From: Candidatus Nomurabacteria bacterium
Lineage (GTDB): Bacteria; Patescibacteriota; Minisyncoccia; Phycocordibacterales; UBA9973
Assembly (NCBI GenBank): GCA_963842815.1
Contig: CAWJHU010000001.1
Coordinates: 179,020 to 243,019, forward strand
Direction of reading: 5' to 3'
Length of the DNA: 64,000 bases
Program-made: the position numbers and the translations under genes
Shown: in pieces, positions 39,521 through 47,073 of the stretch
How the letters are laid out: each line of letters begins with the position of its first letter
Position numbering within the stretch: position 1 is the first letter of the stretch
The notes under the pieces: generated by a model
What the model was told of the DNA's origin: nothing
What the model saw: the letters and a program-made list of their open reading frames with translations, nothing else
The model's database searches: none

Positions 39521-39604
39521 TCAAACTTGCCAAGCGGAACTTATTTCTACAAGCTCCAAACAGGAGCCAATGTAGAAACAAAAAAGATGCTTTTAGTTAA
39601 ATAA
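39521..39604 (+). pseudogene. 3' remnant of a T9SS-CTD protein gene
   Basis: Translates [27 protein letters not shown], near-identical to the ends of the 40348 and 44047 ORFs. Confidence 0.85.
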
Positions 39605-39665
39605 AATACAAACCAAACCCGTAAGTTTGGTTTTTTATTTTTCTTTTATGATAAAATATAAAAAT

Positions 39666-40040
39666 ATGGAAAAAGATTTTGATAAATGGAACGAATTAAA
39701 GAAAAAAATAGATGTTCGTAATTCAGTATATGTGTCTGAAAGGGATATATGGTTTTGTTCCGTTGGTTTAAATATTGGAAGCGAACAAAGCGGCAAACAT
39801 GAACTTTTTGAACGTCCGGTTTTAGTTGTTAAAGAAGTTACATCAAATACATTTATTGGCATACCTTTAACTTCAAACAGAAAGAAAGGCTCCTGGTACG
39901 TGGAAATAAAATCTACTGACTCCTCCGCTATTATTTCCCAAATAAAATTATTTGATACAAGACGGCTTGCCCGTAAAATAGGGGTTATTTCAATTGAAGA
40001 ATTTGAAATTATAAAAAAGAAATTAAAAGATTATATATAA
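39666..40040 (+). CDS. PemK/MazF-family toxin, no adjacent protein antitoxin
   Basis: DIWFCSVG.NIGSEQ.GK, RPVLVV, IPLTS, SQIK.FD.RRL. Confidence 0.85.
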   Translation: MEKDFDKWNELKKKIDVRNSVYVSERDIWFCSVGLNIGSEQSGKHELFERPVLVVKEVTSNTFIGIPLTSNRKKGSWYVEIKSTDSSAIISQIKLFDTRRLARKIGVISIEEFEIIKKKLKDYI

Positions 40041-40090
40041 ACAACGAAACCCCCGTAAGGGGGTTTCTCGGAGGCCGAAGCCAAAGTTGT
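40038..40090 (-). ncRNA. Small convergent RNA downstream of mazF
   Basis: TTGACT(40123-18)-17-TATATT(40100-40095); ggc-ttcg-gcc hairpin and gaaacccc-cttac-ggggtttc-type terminator hairpin. Confidence 0.6.
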
Positions 40091-40175
40091 CTACAATATA
40101 GCAAAATCAATATTGAAAGTCAAGCAAAAATATGAAGGCCATTAATTTTGGAAGATTGGGTACATAAAAGGCCAC

Positions 40176-40356
40176 AAAATAAGGCTAGAATTGGGGTTGG
40201 GGATAAAGGGGGCTAAAGGGCTTGACATTTGGGTTGATTAGGTGTATTATAATACACAGATAAAGGTTTGTCAATTTTCTTCGAAAAATAAAACAGCTTT
40301 GGCGGATATCCCGCACAAGGCATCACATTTAACTTATAGGAGGCGTTATGAAAACG
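40176..40356 (+). repeat. Duplicated promoter/leader, copy 1
   Basis: Near-identical to 42099-42279 and 43921-44055; TTGACA-17-TATTAT, palindrome gtgtattataatacac, AGGAGG SD. Confidence 0.9.
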
Positions 40357-41256
40357 TCATTAAGTATATTAGTTCTTTTGGTAATTTTTGCAGTCGTATT
40401 CTTTACTTCTGCTTTCTCGCAACAACAGATTCAAAACAATGTAGTTAGCAGTAATTGGGGTTTCAATGGTGGGTATTATAATAACCTTGATGCCCAATAT
40501 ACTAAATTTTTACGGGACGCCGATGGCGGAGCTGAATTTTGGATGTCTGGCGGAACGTTCTCGTTTGCACCTAGAATAATGGGTACAGACATGTGGTTTT
40601 TAGGGACTTTTTCTTCTCCATGGCTTCTCGGCGATTCGCTTTCCCTTGAAGTTCAACTTCAATGGAAAGCAGGTGATATCAAGCGCGTTTCTGTTCACAT
40701 AGGTCTTACGGATACATCCATAGGCTCATATTACCCGGGGGAATACAAAATAATTACCTTAGATTCATCCAGGCAAAGACTTTCTTGGGATATGTCTGAA
40801 TTAAAAAAAGCAGGATGGCGGTCAATATCCCAAATGGATTTAGCCTTTGACGCAATCACAACGGATTCTTGCAATGTGGTGTTGCGGATGAGAGGAATGA
40901 ATATGGTTTCCACTGACAGTCTCAGTAGAAAAACCGATATTGCTTTTAATCTCATTTCCACCGGAGTCAAAGAAGTTTCTGCTCAAACTCCAAAAGGGTT
41001 TGCTCTGGAACAGAATTATCCCAATCCGTTCAATCCTTCAACGAAAATTTCTTACTCATTAAAAAACACAGAAAAAGTTTATCTTTCAGTGTTCAATACA
41101 TTGGGTCAAGAAATTGCCGTTTTGGTAAATGACACTCAGAATGCCGGATCTCATGAAGTTATGTTTTCCGCATCTAATTTACCAAGTGGAACATATTTCT
41201 ACCGCCTGCAAACAGGAGCCAATGTAGAAACAAAAAAGATGCTTCTCATAAAATGA
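40348..41256 (+). CDS. Secreted protein with T9SS type A sorting C-terminal domain
   Basis: Signal peptide ending AFS-QQQ; [37 protein letters not shown]. Confidence 0.9.
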   Translation: MKTSLSILVLLVIFAVVFFTSAFSQQQIQNNVVSSNWGFNGGYYNNLDAQYTKFLRDADGGAEFWMSGGTFSFAPRIMGTDMWFLGTFSSPWLLGDSLSLEVQLQWKAGDIKRVSVHIGLTDTSIGSYYPGEYKIITLDSSRQRLSWDMSELKKAGWRSISQMDLAFDAITTDSCNVVLRMRGMNMVSTDSLSRKTDIAFNLISTGVKEVSAQTPKGFALEQNYPNPFNPSTKISYSLKNTEKVYLSVFNTLGQEIAVLVNDTQNAGSHEVMFSASNLPSGTYFYRLQTGANVETKKMLLIK

Positions 41257-41326
41257 GAAGACATCTAGAATTACAGTGCCCGACCTTACAAAGGTTTGGG
41301 CATTTTTTTTTATTTAATAACTAAAT

Positions 41327-41896
41327 TCAAAAAATAAATTGTTGCAAATCTGTACTGCCAAATACTCTTTGATAATCACAATCTTTTATTAAACCAACTG
41401 AAGTAGAGTTTGAAAACCCAACATATTCAACTTTTTTCCCTTTTGATTGAACATATTTAATTGCTGGTATTAAATCTGTATCCGAGCTAACAATTATTGC
41501 TGTGTCATATTTATTTTCAATTCCATCAATTACCAAATCAATAGCTATTTTTACATCAACTCCTTTTTCTCTTATTTGATGGTCATAAACAATTTTTCCT
41601 CTCTCTATAACAAAACCGTCATTTTCAAGTATTGATAAAAATTTTTGTTGATTAGCCACCATTTCTGAAGATTTTTTGGTATGGTTATAGTTTCTTACAA
41701 TTCCCACATAATACCCCTTACCGCATAAATTTCTATTGGAAGCCAGAAAAAGAGCAAACTCTTTATAATTAAATGCTCTTCCGGCAGGTATAATTTTAGG
41801 TATTATTGATTCATCTTTTGAATTTTTAGATTCCTTGAAAAGAGCTTTATATGTATTGCCTCCATCTATATAAATTTTTACTCTCTCTGGTGTCAT
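41327..41896 (-). CDS. NYN (PIN-fold) domain RNase
   Basis: YIDGGN, EKGVDV, SSDTDL. Confidence 0.88.
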   Translation of the reverse strand: MTPERVKIYIDGGNTYKALFKESKNSKDESIIPKIIPAGRAFNYKEFALFLASNRNLCGKGYYVGIVRNYNHTKKSSEMVANQQKFLSILENDGFVIERGKIVYDHQIREKGVDVKIAIDLVIDGIENKYDTAIIVSSDTDLIPAIKYVQSKGKKVEYVGFSNSTSVGLIKDCDYQRVFGSTDLQQFIF

Positions 41897-41917
41897 GCGG
41901 AATATTATATCATATAT

Positions 41918-41964
41918 AAAAACAAAACTGCCCTTGTCTTGCGACAGTGGCAGTGAGCTTAGTG
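41918..41964 (-). ncRNA. Small RNA upstream of and in tandem with the NYN gene
   Basis: TTGACT-18-TATACT promoter (41999-41970); actgcc..tgtc-gcaa-gaca..ggcagt hairpin plus U-tract. Confidence 0.55.
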
Positions 41965-42098
41965 ATAGTAGTATATCACAGGTAGCAAGAAAAAGTCAAG
42001 TTATAATACAAAAAAATAATTTTGTCAATTTTTTCGTAAATCTCGGCAGAGAAGACAAAAAATAAACAAATATTTAGCAATTTTCAAATCTTCCCACT

Positions 42099-42279
42099 AA
42101 AATAAGGCTAAAATAGGGGCTGGGGATAAAGGGGGCTAAAGGGCTTGACATTTGGGTTGATTAGGTGTATTATAATACACAGATAAAGGTTTGTCAATTT
42201 TCTTCGAAAAATAAAACAGCTTTGGCGGATATCCCGCACAAGGCATCACATTTAACTTATAGGAGGCGTTATGAAAACG
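42099..42279 (+). repeat. Duplicated promoter/leader, copy 2
   Basis: Near-identical to 40176-40356. Confidence 0.9.
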
Positions 42280-43152
42280 CTCGTAAATATATTTGTTCTT
42301 TTAATAGTTGTTTCTTTGTCTGCTTTATCTCAGCAGAAGATTCAAACTGAGAATGGATGGAATTTCGCTGGAGCTTATGGTTACCTGGATTCTACTCAGA
42401 CTAGGTCCTACGAAACCTCTACAGGCAGTCAAGTATTTAAGTCTTATGGAGAAACGGGAGGGGACTTGGTTTTCCAAACAACTTGGTCTAAAGATTTTAA
42501 GAATTTATTAATGCCTGATACAATTTCCATAGATTTGGAATTTCTAAAAGGAGTTAATAATAGGAAAACCACTTGTATTTTCCTGGCGGTGCAAGAATCA
42601 CCCATTGGACTTTATTATTTTCTTGGAAAGTATCAACCAGTTTCCTCTAGTGGAGAATGGCAAAGGTTCTCTTGGGATATGTCTCTAGCGAAGATTTACA
42701 ACATGAAATCACTTTACCGAGTCTATCTCATTCTTGCTACAGAAACAGCAGATTCCATCACTTACACTGGAATGGAAGTAGAGTTAAAAAACTTGATTGG
42801 TATTGATAGTCTGGGAGTAAAGACTTACATCGACCTTGGTGCTATTGCCACCGGAGTCGATGGAGTTTCTGAAGTAAAACAAGTTCCTTCTGGATTTGTT
42901 TTGGAACAAAACTATCCTAACCCTTTCAATCCTGATACAAGGATTTCTTACTCACTGAAAAATGCAGGAAAAGTTCATCTTTCTGTATTTAACATGTTGG
43001 GTCAAGAAGTTGCAGTTCTAGTGAATGGCACTCAAAACATAGGAGCTCATGAGGCCACGTTTAATGCCTCAAACTTACCAAGTGGTGTTTACTTGTGTAG
43101 GCTTGCGGTTGATAACAATGTCATTACAAAAAAGATGCTTTTGCTAAAATAA
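42271..43152 (+). CDS. Secreted protein with T9SS type A sorting C-terminal domain (divergent paralog)
   Basis: Signal peptide ending ALS-QQ; LEQNYPNPFNP...LPSGVY...TKKMLLLK. Confidence 0.9.
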   Translation: MKTLVNIFVLLIVVSLSALSQQKIQTENGWNFAGAYGYLDSTQTRSYETSTGSQVFKSYGETGGDLVFQTTWSKDFKNLLMPDTISIDLEFLKGVNNRKTTCIFLAVQESPIGLYYFLGKYQPVSSSGEWQRFSWDMSLAKIYNMKSLYRVYLILATETADSITYTGMEVELKNLIGIDSLGVKTYIDLGAIATGVDGVSEVKQVPSGFVLEQNYPNPFNPDTRISYSLKNAGKVHLSVFNMLGQEVAVLVNGTQNIGAHEATFNASNLPSGVYLCRLAVDNNVITKKMLLLK

Positions 43153-43221
43153 TATTTAAATACTAAACATAAACCAAACCTGCAAGTTTGGTTTTTTATT
43201 TTTCCGTGATAAAATTTATAA

Positions 43222-43737
43222 ATGAATAAAGAAAATAATCTTGCTTTTATTGATGGACAAAATTTACACATAGGAATAATGCAAAATGATTGGAAGATTG
43301 ACCATAATAAATTTAGAATATATTTAAAAGATAAGTATCATGTATCAGAAGCTTATTATGTTTTAGGCTTTATTTCAGAAAAAGAACAAGATTTATATAA
43401 CAATCTTCAAAAGGCAGGGTTTATAGTTATATTTAAAGAACACAATCCTAAGCTTTTAGCTAAGAAAAAAGGAAATGTGGACACCGACATTGTTTTTGAA
43501 GCAATGAAAAATCTTATTGATAACAAAAATTTTGATAAAATAGTTTTGGTTTCTGGCGATGGAGATTATAAAAAATTAGTTGATTACTTAATTACAAAAA
43601 ATAAATTTAAAAAAATACTTTTTCCAATCAAGAAGTTCGCGTCATCTTTATACGATGATCTGGGTTCAGAATTTTTTGATTATTTAGAAAACCTTAAAAC
43701 ATACATAGAATGGCATAAAAAAGAAAAGGGCTCCTAA
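43222..43737 (+). CDS. NYN (PIN-fold) domain RNase
   Basis: FIDGQNL, KGNVDTD, SGDGDY. Confidence 0.88.
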   Translation: MNKENNLAFIDGQNLHIGIMQNDWKIDHNKFRIYLKDKYHVSEAYYVLGFISEKEQDLYNNLQKAGFIVIFKEHNPKLLAKKKGNVDTDIVFEAMKNLIDNKNFDKIVLVSGDGDYKKLVDYLITKNKFKKILFPIKKFASSLYDDLGSEFFDYLENLKTYIEWHKKEKGS

Positions 43738-43778
43738 GGCACAAACACCTTTCGGATCCCTTTTCGTATAAATATGCC
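43716..43778 (-). ncRNA. Small convergent RNA overlapping the NYN 3' end
   Basis: TTGCAT(43810-05)-17-TACAAT(43787-82); gaaaaggg...cccttttc stem plus U-tract. Confidence 0.6.
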
Positions 43779-43920
43779 TTGATTGTATCATGTATCTCGC
43801 ATCTATGCAAGGGATTTTGTCTATTTTATAGGACTTTTGCTCCTTAAGCCAATATCCCCCACAAAATAAGGCTAAAAAGGGGGTTGTGGATAGATTGGGG
43901 ATAACTTAGGCTAAGGGGAC

Positions 43921-44055
43921 TTGACATTTGGGTTGATTAGGTGTATCATAATACACAGATAAAGGTTTGTCAATTTTCTTCGAAAAATAAAACAGCTTTG
44001 GCGGATATCCCGCACAAGGCATCACATTTAACTTATAGGAGGCGTTATGAAAACG
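43921..44055 (+). repeat. Duplicated promoter/leader, copy 3
   Basis: Near-identical to 40222-40356. Confidence 0.9.
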
Positions 44056-44955
44056 TCATTAAGTATATTAGTTCTTTTGGTAATTTTTGCAGTCGTATTC
44101 TTTACTTCTGCTTTCTCGCAACAACAGATTCAAAACAATGTAGTTAGCGGTAATTGGGGTTTCAATGGTGGGTATTATAATAACCTTGATGCCCAATATA
44201 CTAAATTTTTCCGGGACGCCGATGGCGGAGCTGAATTTTGGATGTCTGGCGGAACGGTTTCATTTTCGCCTACAACAATGGGTACAGACATGTGGTTTTT
44301 GGGGACTTTTTCTTCTCCATGGCTTCTCGGCGATTCGCTTTCCCTTGAAGTTCAACTTCAATGGAAAGCAGGCGATATCAAACGAGTTTCTGTCCACATA
44401 GGTCTTACGGATACATCCATAGGCTCATATTACCCGGGGGAATACAAAATAATTACCTTAGATTCATCCAGGCAAAGACTTTCTTGGGATATGTCTGAAA
44501 TAAAAAAAGCAGGATGGCGGTCAATATCCCAAATGGATTTGGCCTTTAAGGCAAATACAGTGGATTCTTGCAATGTAGTGTTGCGAATGAGAGGAATGAA
44601 TATGGTTTCCACTGACAGTCTCAGTAGAAAAACCGATATTGCTTTTAATCTCATTTCCACCGGAGTCAAAGAAGTTTCTGCTCAAACTCCAAAAGGGTTT
44701 GCTCTGGAACAGAATTATCCCAATCCTTTTAATCCTTCAACGACTATAAGATTCTCTGTTCCCCAAACGGAACAGGTGAGTTTGAAAGTTTATAATTCAT
44801 TAGGGCAAGAAGTTCAAACCCTGGTGAATGAAGTGAAAGGAAAAGGAAATTATGAAGCGACGTTTAATGCTTCTAACTTGCCTTCCGGAACATATTTCTA
44901 CAGACTCCAAGCAGGAGTCAATGTAGAAACAAAGAAAATGATGTTAGTAAAGTAA
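44047..44955 (+). CDS. Secreted protein with T9SS type A sorting C-terminal domain (close paralog of 40348)
   Basis: First ~230 aa nearly identical to the 40348 ORF; different CTD middle. Confidence 0.9.
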   Translation: MKTSLSILVLLVIFAVVFFTSAFSQQQIQNNVVSGNWGFNGGYYNNLDAQYTKFFRDADGGAEFWMSGGTVSFSPTTMGTDMWFLGTFSSPWLLGDSLSLEVQLQWKAGDIKRVSVHIGLTDTSIGSYYPGEYKIITLDSSRQRLSWDMSEIKKAGWRSISQMDLAFKANTVDSCNVVLRMRGMNMVSTDSLSRKTDIAFNLISTGVKEVSAQTPKGFALEQNYPNPFNPSTTIRFSVPQTEQVSLKVYNSLGQEVQTLVNEVKGKGNYEATFNASNLPSGTYFYRLQAGVNVETKKMMLVK

Positions 44956-45054
44956 AATTTAGGGTCTGGAACAATTTATTGTTTCGGACCCTTTTTCGTT
45001 TCCAGACTTATCAACAGTCTTATTAATTTTTTCAATTTGTGGTGTATAATATAA

Positions 45055-47040
45055 ATGTATTTACTAATTAAAACTAGTTTTAAAAATATGCATACATATA
45101 AAAAATTTTTAATAATCTTTATTTTTACATTTGGAATATTATTGGCGCGGAATGCCTCAGCTACTGCTCCGGATGCTTTTATTTCCGCCGGTTCTTCTGG
45201 CACTGGAACAAATGTCCAAATAACTATCCCGAGCGGGAGTAGAACCACAATCTCTTGGGGGACAAACAATGGAACTAACTGCGCTGCTGATGACACGGAC
45301 CATTCATCTCCCGAAGCGATTAGTTTATATAATGCTTTTTCTGCGGTAGTAGGAAATTTGTGGGCCGGGTCTTATTTAACACCTTATTTGACTAGCACCG
45401 CTTACTATAGTGTGCATTGTTACAATTATTATAATGAAAAAAGTGCCATAGTAACAGCTACGATTTTAATTGGCACAAATGGTTCTTGTTCGTCAACTCC
45501 CTATGGTTGTTCTGCGGGGACAAGTGCTAATAATGCGGAGAGTACCACTTCTTGGACTTGGACTTGCGTCGGTTTGGGCGCGGGAACGAATGCTTCTTGT
45601 TCACAAACAAAACCCACTGGCACCCTAACTGCTGCTAATTGTACAATCCCTGATGGCTCAAATAGTTGCAATTCAACAGTTAATTGGACACAAACCCCCA
45701 ATATAGCTTCTTTTGCTACTATTTATGCTGAATCTCCAAACTGGACTGGTCTTACTTCACTCTCTGTTCCTCCTCCTTCTTCCCCAGATGGAAGTTCAGG
45801 TTCTTTTTCAGCTTCTATCCCATATAATTATGAAAAATTTTATCTTTATGCCCTTAATGGTAGTACTATTCTTTCTACAACTACTGTTACGGCCAATTGT
45901 GCCTCAGCTTCTTCTTGGAGTACCAGTAGCAATACCTGCGTGCCCAAACCCGTCCTAGCTCTTTCAGCTTATCCCGCCACTGTTTATCTCCCAGTAGGGG
46001 CACTCGCGCAATCGGCATCAACAATAACAACAACAGCTGGGAGTAGTGTTACCGGCATTAATTATGCGCAACCTATGACAGACTCTGACAATGGTAAATG
46101 CCTTTTGACTACAAAGTTGCTTGATAGGAGCGATGGGAACAAAGACCTTTCCATTGATACAACTAAGGCAACAAACAGTGACTGTAAGCCTGGATACGTA
46201 AATGTAACCGCAACAGGAAATAATGGAGCAGTTTCTAGTTCAACAACCGTAACTGTCAACATAATGTCCGGCACACTCACACCAAATAATTCATATTGCA
46301 CTATTTCCGAAGGGAAAAGCAGTTGCAATGTGGGCCTGACTTGGAAGGTGACGAATCCCACGGTTCCCGGTCCAATTTCTGCCGTCACTTCTTCCATAAA
46401 AGACGATGGGACCGCTAATAACAATACTCCTGTTTATTACAATGATGATGCGGACAGTAGGTCAGTTGTTGTTCCATACAGCAATACTCTTAAGCCGGAT
46501 GTTCATGGCAGAGATTTTTATCTTTATAACAATGGCTATCCTCTTGCCCAGACTTCTGTTACGGCTAGTTGTGTCTCGGGTCTCAACTGGGACGGAAGCA
46601 AGTGTGCCTTGTCTGTTCCAGTCCTTCCCATTCCCGCTTCTCCTTCCATTGACGCTACCACCGGAGCCTGTGGAGGAAAAATCAATTTGGTTTGGGAGGC
46701 TGTCTCTGGAGCGGCCAGCTACAATGTATATCGCGACAACTTAAGTACTAAATTGGCCGCCGCCGGAAACAGCGCGCATGATTCGTCAAATCCATATGTT
46801 GATACCGGACTTGCGCTCGGCTCCAACCATACCTATGGCATTTCCGCTTCAAATACGAGCGGAACTTCTGCTGTGTCTTGGACTAACAACGGTATTATGG
46901 CTTCAGGCGCTTGCACTCAATTATCCGGAACGCTTTCCGCGGATTCTCCTTCTTCACCGTTGAATTCTCTTCTTTGCATCATTCCCACCGGACAGAGCAG
47001 TTGTTCCGTGAACCTAAGCTGGGACACTGAATTCCCTTAA
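45055..47040 (+). CDS. Cys/Ser/Thr-rich secreted surface protein with FN3-like segment (possibly 3'-truncated)
   Basis: Signal peptide (likely start 45088), NGSCS..WTWTC repeat, GTL...CTI repeats, WEAVSGAASYNVYRD. Confidence 0.8.
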   Translation: MYLLIKTSFKNMHTYKKFLIIFIFTFGILLARNASATAPDAFISAGSSGTGTNVQITIPSGSRTTISWGTNNGTNCAADDTDHSSPEAISLYNAFSAVVGNLWAGSYLTPYLTSTAYYSVHCYNYYNEKSAIVTATILIGTNGSCSSTPYGCSAGTSANNAESTTSWTWTCVGLGAGTNASCSQTKPTGTLTAANCTIPDGSNSCNSTVNWTQTPNIASFATIYAESPNWTGLTSLSVPPPSSPDGSSGSFSASIPYNYEKFYLYALNGSTILSTTTVTANCASASSWSTSSNTCVPKPVLALSAYPATVYLPVGALAQSASTITTTAGSSVTGINYAQPMTDSDNGKCLLTTKLLDRSDGNKDLSIDTTKATNSDCKPGYVNVTATGNNGAVSSSTTVTVNIMSGTLTPNNSYCTISEGKSSCNVGLTWKVTNPTVPGPISAVTSSIKDDGTANNNTPVYYNDDADSRSVVVPYSNTLKPDVHGRDFYLYNNGYPLAQTSVTASCVSGLNWDGSKCALSVPVLPIPASPSIDATTGACGGKINLVWEAVSGAASYNVYRDNLSTKLAAAGNSAHDSSNPYVDTGLALGSNHTYGISASNTSGTSAVSWTNNGIMASGACTQLSGTLSADSPSSPLNSLLCIIPTGQSSCSVNLSWDTEFP

Positions 47041-47073
47041 AGTATCTATCCTATTAATTTTTTAAAATTACAA

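Noticed and set aside
40242-44147. Three repeated small ORFs MY(Y/H)NTQIKVCQFSSK...
   Set aside because: They start inside the -10/operator palindrome of the duplicated promoter and overlap the real genes out of frame; an artefact of the DNA repeat.
40348-44955. Diversity-generating retroelement acting on the paralogs
   Set aside because: No reverse transcriptase in the window, and the differences are not evidently confined to adenines.
39521-44996. Array as a classical integron
   Set aside because: No recognisable attC sites or IntI nearby; the genes carry their own promoters; the recombinase at 15520 looks like a housekeeping Xer.
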